Below, one piece after another: positions 11,209 to 20,694 of a stretch of DNA of 64,000 nt. Below the pieces are notes generated by a model. The model had not been told where the DNA came from, ran no database searches, and saw only the letters and a program-made list of their open reading frames with translations. The stretch is from positions 2,597 to 66,596 of the forward strand of contig CAKPMN010000001.1 in the NCBI GenBank assembly GCA_934168005.1. The letters are read 5' to 3'. The stretch comes from an uncultured Bacilli bacterium. GTDB lineage: Bacteria; Bacillota_I; Bacilli_A; RF39; UBA660. The position numbers and the translations under genes were made by a program. The number at the start of each line of letters is the position of its first letter. Positions within the stretch are counted from its first letter, which is position 1.

Positions 11209-11607
11209 ATGAAGAGACTAATGGATAGTAATATATATGAAGCATCTGGTAAGGTACTCATAAGTGGCAGTTGCCTTCCTAATATGGAAAAAGAACAATT
11301 TGATTGTTTTTCTAATAATTATGATAATGTTTTCTTTTTATGTTTAGAAGAAACTCATATTAATATGGCTGTTTCAAAAATTATTGGAATGATATCAAAT
11401 GGTAAGGTAAAACAACTTGATTTTGTTTCTGTAAATAAATCACCACATTGTATCCAGCTACATTATATTAAGCGTGAGATAAATAGAGTATTTAATAATG
11501 TTTCAATGAATAATTATGTTATTGAAAAGGGTAAGGTTTATCATATAAGTGATGATACTTTGTCTTTATCTAAAAATTTGGTTAAATTAAATGAAAAAGA
11601 GGTGTAA
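11209..11607 (+). CDS. Hypothetical protein
   Basis: A 132-aa ORF with the RBS GGAGG 7 nt before the ATG; no recognisable motif. Confidence 0.4.
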   Translation: MKRLMDSNIYEASGKVLISGSCLPNMEKEQFDCFSNNYDNVFFLCLEETHINMAVSKIIGMISNGKVKQLDFVSVNKSPHCIQLHYIKREINRVFNNVSMNNYVIEKGKVYHISDDTLSLSKNLVKLNEKEV

Positions 11608-11615
11608 ACCTCTTT
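11596..11615. terminator. Bidirectional hairpin between the convergent genes 11209-11607 (+) and 11615-12889 (-)
   Basis: AAAGAGGT-gtaa-ACCTCTTT. The stop codons of both convergent genes lie within or next to the stem. Confidence 0.45.
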
Positions 11616-12889
11616 TATGCTGCTTCTTTAACTTCTATATCTTCATATTCTTGAACTACTTTTTTATATGTTTCATAAACTTGTTTATAGTTTTTTAAAT
11701 ATTTGCTTATATCTGGATTTGAAAATGGGATTACTTTAAAACCTCTCCATGAAGATTGATTATAATAATTATATAAAAGTTCTGCTTTAACGTTATCAAT
11801 TTTAATTTCTTTATTATTTCCTTTTGTTGTTTTTGTGATATTTAGACTTGCCATTAATTCAACTGTTTTATTATAATTTTGATCTTGCATTTGAGCTGAA
11901 ATAAAGTTTCCAAGTGAATAGAAAACAACTGTGTTTCCTATATGTTCTATTGGTTGAATGACATGTGGGTGAGTACCTATTACTATATCAACATTTTGTT
12001 CTGCTAAAAAATTTGCCATATCTTTTTCATATGCTGTTGGGGTATGTGTATATTCAACTCCCCAGTGCATAGCTACTATTAATACATCAACTTTGTCTCT
12101 AACTCTTGCAATATCTTCTTTTACTGTTTCTTTATATTTTTGATATTCTGTATCACGTGATGGATCATTTATAACAAGATCGGTAGGCCAAACATTTACT
12201 AGATATTCTTTTCCAGAAGGAACACTTATTCCATTTGTACCATATGTATAATTTAGCATAGTATATGATATATCATTCTTTGTTTTGATTATTACTTCGT
12301 TTCTTTCTTCAGTAGATGAGTAACTTCCAACTGCTAAAACATCTTTAGTATTCCAATATTCTCTTGAACTTAGTATGGCTTTTTCGCCTCTATCCATAGT
12401 ATGATTTGTTGCTAGGCTTACTAGATTAAATCCAGCATCAATCATTGCGTCTCCAGCTTCTTGTGGTGAGTTAAAAGTAGGGTAATCTGATAATCCTAAC
12501 TTTGTTCCACCTAGGACTGTTTCTTGATTATAATAGGCTAAGTCATAATCTTTTACAATATCTTTGACGTATGATATTAATGGTTTAAAATCATATCCTG
12601 TTCCATTTGCTTGACGGGCTGCTTCTTTGTAAACACTACTATGTATTAGATTATCACCAACCATAACCATTGAAAGAGAAGTTACTTTTTCTTGTTCTTC
12701 TTGTTTTACTTCTTCTTTTCTAGGTTCAGGTTTTCTTAGTAATTCTGGTATTAGAATCACTGCTAATACTACTATTAAAATTAATGGTATTAATAAAAAT
12801 AATTTATTAAATTTCTTACTTTTTTGTTTTTTTAATTCTTTTATTTTTCTTCTTGCTTCTTTTTTTATTTCTTTTTTTCTTATATCCAT
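11615..12889 (-). CDS. CapA/PgsA-family metallophosphatase-like protein (poly-gamma-glutamate synthesis protein family)
   Basis: An N-terminal TM anchor, then MVMVGDNLIHSS, ATNHTMDRG, VAMHWGVEY and GTHPHVIQP, which is the characteristic CapA-family motif series. Confidence 0.8.
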   Translation of the reverse strand: MDIRKKEIKKEARRKIKELKKQKSKKFNKLFLLIPLILIVVLAVILIPELLRKPEPRKEEVKQEEQEKVTSLSMVMVGDNLIHSSVYKEAARQANGTGYDFKPLISYVKDIVKDYDLAYYNQETVLGGTKLGLSDYPTFNSPQEAGDAMIDAGFNLVSLATNHTMDRGEKAILSSREYWNTKDVLAVGSYSSTEERNEVIIKTKNDISYTMLNYTYGTNGISVPSGKEYLVNVWPTDLVINDPSRDTEYQKYKETVKEDIARVRDKVDVLIVAMHWGVEYTHTPTAYEKDMANFLAEQNVDIVIGTHPHVIQPIEHIGNTVVFYSLGNFISAQMQDQNYNKTVELMASLNITKTTKGNNKEIKIDNVKAELLYNYYNQSSWRGFKVIPFSNPDISKYLKNYKQVYETYKKVVQEYEDIEVKEAA

Positions 12890-13015
12890 AAATACCTCTT
12901 ACTTTCTGTTTTTAGTATAACATGTTTATGTGTCAATGTAAATTTAGAAAGTAAGTTTGTCTTGAATATAGGTTTATAAAATGTTATGATGTTAATGAAT
13001 TAAGGTGGTTGATTT

Positions 13016-14317
13016 ATGAAAAAGAAAATTTTTAAAAAGCAAAACATTTTTATTGTTTTAAGCATTTTATTTATAACAGGATGTTGTATATTTTATGGTG
13101 GAAGGTTTGTTTATTATTATTTAGACAGTAAGAAACCAGAAACAGATAAGTCTTTTTCGGCTTTACTTAAATCTAATAACATGAATAATAAAAATTTTAA
13201 AGTTATTTCAACTTCTTACTATTTTACGGATAGTGATAATGATAACTATGTTTTATATTCTGGAGTTTTATTTAGAGCTTTTAAGATAGATAGTGAAGAG
13301 AGAATTTATTTAATTTCTGATAGTTCTGTTACTTCTTTAGCGATGGGTGAAAATAAAATATTTACTAATTCTTATATAAAAGAGTGGTTAAATAAATCTA
13401 ATAATGATAATAGTGGAATTTTATCAAAAAATTTAGTCACTTCTTCACTAGTAAATACAAGAGTTTGTGTTGATAAGAAAGATAAAGCCAATAACAATGA
13501 ATGTAATAAATATGTGTCTGACTATTTAATAGGTTTATTAGATATGGAAGATTATATTAATATGGGTGGATCTAAAAGTTTTGTTAATACAGGAGAAGAT
13601 TTTTATCTAGTAAATAACAATGGTAAAAAAGATTGGTATGTTACTAATAGTGGTAATGTAGCTTTGTCTGATGGTACTAATGTTATCGGTGTTAAACCTG
13701 TTGTTTCTCTAAAAAGTGATATTCAAGTAAAATCTGGTAGTGGAAAAAAAGATGATCCTTATGTTATTGATGGTAGCTATTTTGGAAGTTATGTAAAATT
13801 AGGTAATGATACTTGGAGAGTAATTGGTGAAGAAGAAAATAATTTACGTTTACTCTTAACTGATTATTTGAAAGTAAATGGTACTAAATTAGAATACGCT
13901 TACTCAACATCTAATTACAAATATGATAGTACTAAGAAAAATACTTTGGCTTATTACTTAAATCATACTTATTTGAATTCTTTATCTTATGAGAATGTTA
14001 TTATTTCTAGTAATTATTATAATGGATATTATGGGGCAGATAATGACTATGATTACAAAAAGACATTTGCAACAACTGTTAAAGCTCGTGTTGGAATATT
14101 GTCAATAGGTGATATTAATTTAAATAAATTTACTAATACAGCTCTTGCAACTGGAGTTAATAAAAGTGGTAATTTAGTTTATGTAACTTCAACTAATTCT
14201 TCTCTTGCAAAAGATAATGTTACTAGTGATTTAAATGTTGTTCCTGTAATTACAATTTCAAAATCTTCACTTAAAACAGGTGATGGAACAAGTAAAAAAC
14301 CTTATGGATTGGAGTAA
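13016..14317 (+). CDS. Hypothetical membrane-anchored extracytoplasmic protein rich in Asn/Ser/Tyr
   Basis: A 433-aa ORF with the RBS AAGGTGG and the N-terminal TM segment IFIVLSILFITGCCIFYGG; no recognisable catalytic motif. Confidence 0.5.
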   Translation: MKKKIFKKQNIFIVLSILFITGCCIFYGGRFVYYYLDSKKPETDKSFSALLKSNNMNNKNFKVISTSYYFTDSDNDNYVLYSGVLFRAFKIDSEERIYLISDSSVTSLAMGENKIFTNSYIKEWLNKSNNDNSGILSKNLVTSSLVNTRVCVDKKDKANNNECNKYVSDYLIGLLDMEDYINMGGSKSFVNTGEDFYLVNNNGKKDWYVTNSGNVALSDGTNVIGVKPVVSLKSDIQVKSGSGKKDDPYVIDGSYFGSYVKLGNDTWRVIGEEENNLRLLLTDYLKVNGTKLEYAYSTSNYKYDSTKKNTLAYYLNHTYLNSLSYENVIISSNYYNGYYGADNDYDYKKTFATTVKARVGILSIGDINLNKFTNTALATGVNKSGNLVYVTSTNSSLAKDNVTSDLNVVPVITISKSSLKTGDGTSKKPYGLE

Positions 14318-14320
14318 GTT

Positions 14321-15436
14321 ATGAGTGATAAAGAAATAAATGAAGAAATAAAAAGAATAAAACAAGAAGAAAAGGAAGCAATAAAAGAGTTAGATAGTGA
14401 AAATTCTCTTAATAGGGAACATAAAAAATATAAAATAAAAAAATTAACTGTAGTTTGTTTTATTGCCGATGTTCTTGCATTAATGGGATTTTTCATGATG
14501 TATGGTCCAATTGGAACTGTTCGCAACTTATATGTTACAACAGCTAGCAAGACTATGGAACATGCATATTTAGCTAAAATCTTTTATACAGATAAACAAA
14601 TTTCTAATATTTTAAGTAAAAATTATTTTGTAGAGATAGATGATGATAGTAATTTAAATGATATAGTTATTGATACGTCTGAAAAAAGTAGCTATTCTAA
14701 TAAGTATGAAAAAGAACTTTTGACTAGAGATGAAGGAAATGATTTATATAAAGTATTAAATATTAAGGTTGGTGGGGCTGATGCATATTTAGTTGCGATA
14801 TATGATCCATCAAAAGTAAAAGCGATTGGTATGAAAGAATTTGGCGGTAAATCTGGAGAAAGAATTATTACTATGTGTAAGAGATATGGCGGAGTTGTTT
14901 GTATAAATGGAGGAAGATTCGTTGATCATGGATATGGCTCTGGTATTCCACAAGGATATGTTATCGAAAATTCTAAAATTCGTTGGAGTGATGGCGAAAA
15001 TGATTCTGAAAGAGGTAACATTATAGGTATTAGTAAAGAAGGAAAATTAATGCTTTTAAATGATGTTACTGGTAAGGAAGCATTGGCTCAAGGTGTTGAT
15101 AGTGGAATTGAATTTGGACCATTTTTGATTGTTAATGGTAAATCAATGTCTATTGTTGGAGATCCTTGGGGAAAAGCTCCAAGAGTTGCAATAGCTCAAA
15201 GAAAAGATGGAGTTATGATGTTTTTAGTAGTTGATGGTAAAAATTATATTAATGGTGCAACACTTCAAAATATGATTGATACGTTAGAATTGTATGGGGC
15301 TTATAATGCAGCCAACCTAGATGGTGGGCAATCTGCTACATTAATTGTAAATGATAAACTTTATAATAATCCACCAGCAGCAGCTAAGTCTACAAACGGT
15401 AGATATGTTGTAACTGGATTTGGATTAATACCTTAA
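14321..15436 (+). CDS. Phosphodiester glycosidase (NAGPA/DUF2233)-like protein, membrane-anchored
   Basis: A charged N-terminus and TM anchor, then GGVVCINGGRF and NLDGGQSATL, which are typical of the phosphodiester glycosidase family. Confidence 0.5.
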   Translation: MSDKEINEEIKRIKQEEKEAIKELDSENSLNREHKKYKIKKLTVVCFIADVLALMGFFMMYGPIGTVRNLYVTTASKTMEHAYLAKIFYTDKQISNILSKNYFVEIDDDSNLNDIVIDTSEKSSYSNKYEKELLTRDEGNDLYKVLNIKVGGADAYLVAIYDPSKVKAIGMKEFGGKSGERIITMCKRYGGVVCINGGRFVDHGYGSGIPQGYVIENSKIRWSDGENDSERGNIIGISKEGKLMLLNDVTGKEALAQGVDSGIEFGPFLIVNGKSMSIVGDPWGKAPRVAIAQRKDGVMMFLVVDGKNYINGATLQNMIDTLELYGAYNAANLDGGQSATLIVNDKLYNNPPAAAKSTNGRYVVTGFGLIP

Positions 15437-15437
15437 A

Positions 15438-15470
15438 AAAGCAGTCTTGCTTTTTTTTTTTTATTTTTTG
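15438..15470 (+). terminator. Rho-independent terminator after the phosphodiester-glycosidase-like gene
   Basis: AAGCA-gtct-TGCTT followed by a T-run of more than 12. Confidence 0.6.
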
Positions 15471-15503
15471 TTATAATATTTAGCATTTGTAAGGAGGCCT
15501 ATT

Positions 15504-16085
15504 GTGGAAAAATTTAGTACTATTTATCCTTTTACTACTGAAATGATTAGCGGATATATAGAATATATGGATGTTTCTTGTAAGTCAGTCTTGACTGTTG
15601 GTTCTTCATTTGATCAAGCGTTTAATGCGTTATTATATGGTGCAAAAGATGTTACTGTGATTGATATCAATAAAAATGCTTTAGAATTTTATAAAAGGAA
15701 GTTAGAGATTTTATTAACATCAAACAAAGATGAATTTTACAAGAATGTATTACAATTGCCTTTTAATTATAATTTTGATGAACTTTTTTTAAAAAGAGAT
15801 GTTTCTATAATGAATAGTTATATGCAAAGTGAAGATAATTTTTCTAAACTAAAAGAAATCTTAAGTTCAAAAACAATAAAATTTATAAATGATGATATTT
15901 TCAGGTTTGATAAGGTTGAAAATAAATATGACAGAATAATATTTTCTAATGTTTTACAAAGTATAAAAGCATTTCTAACTGTTAATACTAAAGATGAGTT
16001 TATTAAATGTTTTATATTCATAAATTTGATAATAACAAGAAAACAGATGCGATTGTTGTATACGAAAAAAAGTAAAGTAGTGTAA
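15504..16085 (+). CDS. Hypothetical protein with a possible Rossmann-like N-terminus
   Basis: A GTG start follows the RBS AAGGAGG. The segment LTVGSSFDQAFNALLYGAKDVTVIDIN loosely resembles a nucleotide-binding motif. Confidence 0.4.
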   Translation: MEKFSTIYPFTTEMISGYIEYMDVSCKSVLTVGSSFDQAFNALLYGAKDVTVIDINKNALEFYKRKLEILLTSNKDEFYKNVLQLPFNYNFDELFLKRDVSIMNSYMQSEDNFSKLKEILSSKTIKFINDDIFRFDKVENKYDRIIFSNVLQSIKAFLTVNTKDEFIKCFIFINLIITRKQMRLLYTKKSKVV

Positions 16086-16136
16086 ATTCTACTTTTTTTT
16101 CTTTGATAAAAAAGGTATAATTAAAATGGTGATGAT

Positions 16137-16634
16137 ATGGAATTCCGAGATTTATATGATGAATTTAGAAATCCTATTTTTAAAACAATTAAAAAAGGTG
16201 AAAAACCTAAAAAAGGTGAATTTTATGTTACCGTTGTTATTGCAATTGAAGATATGGATGGACGTTTTTTAATTCAGAAAAGATCTCCTATGAAAGGTGG
16301 TCTTTGGGCAACTACTGGGGGTCACCCTAAGACTAAAGAGAGTTCTCTTGAGGGAATTTTGACTGAAGTAAAAGAAGAAATGGGATTAGATTTAGATAAA
16401 AATAAGATTGTTCTTTTTGATACAGTTAAAACAGAAGATGATTTTGTTGATTATTATTATATTAAATGTCCTATTGATGAAGAAAAGATAGTTTTACAAA
16501 AAGAAGAAGTATCAGATTATGCATTTAAAACAAAAAAAGAATTATTTGAAATGTTTGATAAAAAGATGTTTCACCCCAAACATGAATATATGATGAGAAA
16601 ATGTTTCAAGTTTTTAGAAAATGGAGGTATATAA
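16137..16634 (+). CDS. NUDIX hydrolase
   Basis: Nudix box GGHPKTKESSLEGILTEVKEEMGL follows the pattern G-x5-E-x7-[RT]-E-U-x-E-E-x-G-U, with Thr replacing the usual Arg. Confidence 0.75.
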   Translation: MEFRDLYDEFRNPIFKTIKKGEKPKKGEFYVTVVIAIEDMDGRFLIQKRSPMKGGLWATTGGHPKTKESSLEGILTEVKEEMGLDLDKNKIVLFDTVKTEDDFVDYYYIKCPIDEEKIVLQKEEVSDYAFKTKKELFEMFDKKMFHPKHEYMMRKCFKFLENGGI

Positions 16635-16635
16635 A

Positions 16636-17388
16636 ATGAAAAAAGGTATAATAATATTTGTTATGATTTTATGTTTTGCTTTAGGTTGTATTTATTTTTA
16701 CTCAAATAAGAAGCCTGATAATAAAGGTGATAATAATACTCCTGGCAATTCAGAAGAAGCTAAACCAGTTGAAAAGAAATTAGAAATGATTGTTACTGAA
16801 AGTAGTGAATGTGATTCAAAAAAGAAATTTTATTTTGAAAGTGATGGAAAGAGATTTTATTTAGTATGTACAACTGGTGCTTGGTTAGTAAAAGGGGATA
16901 AAATGTCTTTTTCAAGCGCGATTAGTTCTGGTATATATTCTATGGATAAAGTATTTAGTTTGTACACTAAAGAAGAAAAAGAAAACTATAACTTATATAA
17001 AAATGATGAAGCAAGTTTAATCGAATGTAAAAATGGTGATGTTGTTATAGGAACAAAATCTTTAGAATATAAAGATGAATACTGTAAAAGAACTTGTACT
17101 TTTACGAAAACATTTTATATATTAAATGTTGATGACTCAGATAAAGACTATTTTGATATAACTTTAATGTTTGGACAAGAACTTGATACAGTTAAAGTTA
17201 AGAAAAGTTTGAATAAAAAATATTCTATCAATGGGGCTTATGAATTTACTTTTATTAAAGATGAAATAGATAAATTTGAAGATTCTTCACTTAAAACAAT
17301 ATTTACTGTATTTAACCTTGAAAGCGTAAAAAAATCTGATAAAAAAGATGGTAATTTTACTAATGAAAGTGTATGTAATATAAATTAA
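16636..17388 (+). CDS. Putative lipoprotein
   Basis: MKKGIIIFVMILCFALGC is a lipobox-type signal peptide. The start is placed at ATG 16636 after GGAGGT. Confidence 0.5.
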   Translation: MKKGIIIFVMILCFALGCIYFYSNKKPDNKGDNNTPGNSEEAKPVEKKLEMIVTESSECDSKKKFYFESDGKRFYLVCTTGAWLVKGDKMSFSSAISSGIYSMDKVFSLYTKEEKENYNLYKNDEASLIECKNGDVVIGTKSLEYKDEYCKRTCTFTKTFYILNVDDSDKDYFDITLMFGQELDTVKVKKSLNKKYSINGAYEFTFIKDEIDKFEDSSLKTIFTVFNLESVKKSDKKDGNFTNESVCNIN

Positions 17389-17389
17389 T

Positions 17390-18073
17390 ATGGATTTTTT
17401 AGAGCGTTTTTATTTATTAGCAGGGGATAAGGTTTTGAATGTAGGTAAGCTAAATATTTTAATTATTGGTTTAGGCGGAGTTGGATCTTATACACTTGAA
17501 AGCTTGGCTAGAATGGGCGTAGGTAATTTTACTATAGTAGATTATGATACAGTAGATGTATCAAATATTAATAGACAAATATATGCACTTCATTCAACAA
17601 TAGGTGAAAAAAAAGTAGATGTTGCTAAAAGAAGAGTTTTAGATATTTCACCAACTACTAATGTAAATATAATAGATACTAAAATAACTTTAGAAAATAT
17701 TGATAAATTAATGCTTGGAAGTTATGACTATGTAGTTGATGCATGCGATTCAGTTGAAATAAAAAAAGAACTAATAAAGTTATGCAAAGAGAAAAATCAA
17801 AAATTAATTTCTTCAATGGGAACTGCTAACAAACTTGATCCAACTAAGCTTAAAATAACAGATTTATCTAAAACAAATTATGATCCTATTGCTAAAGTTC
17901 TTAGAAAGTATGTAAAAGATAATCATATTAAAGGTAAAATTACAGTTGTTTCATCAGATGAAGTTCCATTTAAATTACAAGGAAAGTTAGGAAGTGTTTC
18001 TTTTGTTCCAAGTGTTGCAGGACTTCTTATAACTTCTCATATTATACGTGAGGTGATATATGACAAAGATTGA
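17390..18073 (+). CDS. tcdA: tRNA threonylcarbamoyladenosine dehydratase (TcdA/CsdL, ThiF/MoeB family)
   Basis: NILIIGLGGVGSYTLESLARMGVGNFTIVDYDTVDVSNINRQ is the ThiF-family Rossmann/ATP motif, and the length is typical of TcdA. Confidence 0.8.
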   Translation: MDFLERFYLLAGDKVLNVGKLNILIIGLGGVGSYTLESLARMGVGNFTIVDYDTVDVSNINRQIYALHSTIGEKKVDVAKRRVLDISPTTNVNIIDTKITLENIDKLMLGSYDYVVDACDSVEIKKELIKLCKEKNQKLISSMGTANKLDPTKLKITDLSKTNYDPIAKVLRKYVKDNHIKGKITVVSSDEVPFKLQGKLGSVSFVPSVAGLLITSHIIREVIYDKD

Positions 18074-18560
18074 AGCTAAGATTCCTTTTTTAAGTGGTAG
18101 TGTATTAGGTTTTGGAATAAAAGAAGAAAAAATATTGAAAGCAATTGAAAAAAACAAAAAAATAATTGCGTGCGATTTAATTGATTCAATTTCATTATCT
18201 AAAGATAAGAAAAATGGTTCTTCAATGAGACTTAGCTACCATAAACTTAGAAAAAGATATTGTAATAAAAAAGTTGATTTTATTATTGTTAATGAAAATG
18301 AGATGAATTTATTAGAAAAAAAATTACTTCCTTTTTATATAGATGCTTGTTCTAATAGTATTTATATATATGGTGATTATCAATTAGAAAAGATAAGAAA
18401 AAGATTTAAAAGATATAATGTTTCTATAAAAGAAGATGATTCGGTTTTAGTTATAGATACAAGTCTTTCTAAACATAATAAGTTAAAAGATCCTTTCTAT
18501 TATGTTTTTGACTTGTTAAACGACTTAATTGATCTTATAACTGACTTTTTAGTTAGTTAG
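18060..18560 (+). CDS. Hypothetical protein
   Basis: A 166-aa ORF that overlaps the tcdA 3' end by 14 nt; no recognisable motif. Confidence 0.4.
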   Translation: MTKIEAKIPFLSGSVLGFGIKEEKILKAIEKNKKIIACDLIDSISLSKDKKNGSSMRLSYHKLRKRYCNKKVDFIIVNENEMNLLEKKLLPFYIDACSNSIYIYGDYQLEKIRKRFKRYNVSIKEDDSVLVIDTSLSKHNKLKDPFYYVFDLLNDLIDLITDFLVS

Positions 18561-18619
18561 ACTTGTGATTATATCTAAAATTTGGTACAATTTAGTTATT
18601 CATGATAGTAGGTGATAAT

Positions 18620-18862
18620 ATGGATTACACAAAGATTTATGACAGTAATGAATTGAAAGATGCCTATACAAAGGCTATCTTAAAAGAAGTTTTCTTGATA
18701 CTTAAAGAAAGGGGATATAATCCTATTAATCAAATAGTTGGATATTTGATGAGTGGAGATTTAGGCTATATAACATCTTATAAGGATGCTCGTGAAAAAA
18801 TATGCAGTATTGATAGAAGTAAAATTCTTGAAATATTGGTTAATGAGGTTGAGAATTTTTGA
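18620..18862 (+). CDS. ireB: IreB-family regulatory phosphoprotein (UPF0297, YrzL-like)
   Basis: An approximately 80-aa protein carrying YNPINQIVGYLMSGDLGYITSYKDAREKI. It sits immediately upstream of ruvX as yrzL does in Bacillus. Confidence 0.7.
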   Translation: MDYTKIYDSNELKDAYTKAILKEVFLILKERGYNPINQIVGYLMSGDLGYITSYKDAREKICSIDRSKILEILVNEVENF

Positions 18863-19275
18863 GAATATTAGGACTTGATTTAGGAACTCGAACTTTAGGA
18901 CTTGCACTTTCTGATTTAACGGAGACTATTGCGTCATTTTATGGAACGCTTCGATTTGATGAAGGAGATTTTAATAGCGCTATAGAAAAGTTAAATGATA
19001 TAGTATCAAAAGAAAATGTTTCTTTATTTGTTTTAGGATTACCGAAGAATATGAATAATAGTTTGGGAGACGCTGCTGATCGTTCTTTAAAATTTAGAGA
19101 AATGCTTGAGAAAAGATTTAATATTGAAGTTATTATGCAAGATGAAAGACTTACTACTGTTGAAGCAACTTCTTATTTACTAGAATCTGATATGTCTAGA
19201 AAAAAGAGAAAATCAAAAGTAGACGGGTTGTCAGCTGTATTAATACTTCAAACATATTTAGATAGAAAGAGATGA
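18859..19275 (+). CDS. ruvX: Putative pre-16S rRNA nuclease / Holliday-junction resolvase-like YqgF (RuvX)
   Basis: The N-terminus ILGLDLGTRTLGLALSD is the RuvX signature. A TTG start overlaps the ireB stop. Confidence 0.85.
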   Translation: MRILGLDLGTRTLGLALSDLTETIASFYGTLRFDEGDFNSAIEKLNDIVSKENVSLFVLGLPKNMNNSLGDAADRSLKFREMLEKRFNIEVIMQDERLTTVEATSYLLESDMSRKKRKSKVDGLSAVLILQTYLDRKR

Positions 19276-19279
19276 GATT

Positions 19280-19576
19280 ATGGAAGAAAAAATGACATTT
19301 AAAGTATTTGATGAGAATGGAAAAGAAATAGAATGCGAAGTTTTATTTACTTTTGAGTCAGATGAGACTCATAAAAATTATATTGTTTATACAGACAATA
19401 CAACAGATGAAGATGGTAATACAAAAGTATATGCTTCAATTTATACACCTGATGTAGAAGAAACTAAACTAGAAGCTATTACAACAGATCATGAATGGGC
19501 AATTATTGAAAAAATATTAGGAGAACTTCAAGAAGAGGCAAGAAAGGCAGTAGAAGAAGAACAAGCAGAATCATAA
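19280..19576 (+). CDS. DUF1292-family small acidic protein (YrzB-like)
   Basis: A 98-aa acidic protein positioned between ruvX and mltG, as yrzB is in Bacillus. Confidence 0.55.
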   Translation: MEEKMTFKVFDENGKEIECEVLFTFESDETHKNYIVYTDNTTDEDGNTKVYASIYTPDVEETKLEAITTDHEWAIIEKILGELQEEARKAVEEEQAES

Positions 19577-20694
19577 TGCAGAAGAGAAGAAAGCTTAGTA
19601 TAAAAAAGATTTCTATTGCTTTTGTTATTTTTGTGGTTCTTGTAATTTTGGGGAGTTTTTTAACATATAAATTGAATTTAAGAAGTGTAAGTAGCAAATC
19701 AAATGAAATTAGCTTTGTAGTTTCAAATGGCTCTACTTATCAATCTATAGCTTCTTCTTTAAAGAAGAATAAATTAATTCGTTCAGAATTATTCTATAAA
19801 ATATATATAAAATTAAATTCTCCATCTAATTTACAAGTAGGAGAGTATAAGTTAAATCAAAATATGTCTGTTAGTCAAATAATAGATGTTTTAGAAAGTG
19901 GCTCTAATTATAATCCTGATACGGTTAAAATAACTTTTAAAGAGGGGATAACATTTAGAGATGTAGCTAAATTAATTAGTTCATCATTTAATATATCTGA
20001 AGGTGATATTTATAATAAGATAAAAGATGAAACTTATTTAAATTCATTGATAAAAAATTATTGGTTTTTAACTGATTCTATAAAAAACAAAAAAATATAT
20101 TATTCTTTGGAAGGCTATTTATTTCCAGACACATATGAATTTAATTCTAAAGATAGTTTAGAATCTATTTTTAAGAAAATGTTAGATAATACTAATACAA
20201 AATTAGCTAATTATAAGTCAGCTATTGAAAGTAGTAAATATAATGTTCATGAGATTATTACTATGGCTTCTATTATTGAAAAAGAATCTAGTGGTTCTAC
20301 ATCTGACATATTAGATAATACTAATTACAATGTTTATCAAGCAGTATCTGGAGTTTTTTATAATCGTTTAAATTCTGGATGGAGTTTAGGTAGTGATGTT
20401 ACTACATATTATGGGTTAAAACTTGATTTACATGAGCGTGATTTAACTAGTAATGAGTTAGCTCAAGTAAATGCATATAATACACGTTCATCTTCAATGG
20501 CTGGGAAACTTCCTGTTGGACCTATTTGTATGCCATCAATAGAAGCAATCAATGCCTCTATTAATCCAATGAAACATAAATATTATTATTTTGTTGCGGA
20601 TAAGAATGGTAAAACTTATTTTAATCAAAATGCGACTGGACATTCTAATACAATAAGCAAATTAAAGCGTGAGGGAAAATGGTACGAATATTAG
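19576..20694 (+). CDS. mltG: Endolytic murein transglycosylase MltG (YceG family)
   Basis: An N-terminal TM anchor followed by a YceG-like domain (YYSLEGYLFPDTYEF). It has the conserved Bacillus yrrL position. Confidence 0.85.
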   Translation: MQKRRKLSIKKISIAFVIFVVLVILGSFLTYKLNLRSVSSKSNEISFVVSNGSTYQSIASSLKKNKLIRSELFYKIYIKLNSPSNLQVGEYKLNQNMSVSQIIDVLESGSNYNPDTVKITFKEGITFRDVAKLISSSFNISEGDIYNKIKDETYLNSLIKNYWFLTDSIKNKKIYYSLEGYLFPDTYEFNSKDSLESIFKKMLDNTNTKLANYKSAIESSKYNVHEIITMASIIEKESSGSTSDILDNTNYNVYQAVSGVFYNRLNSGWSLGSDVTTYYGLKLDLHERDLTSNELAQVNAYNTRSSSMAGKLPVGPICMPSIEAINASINPMKHKYYYFVADKNGKTYFNQNATGHSNTISKLKREGKWYEY

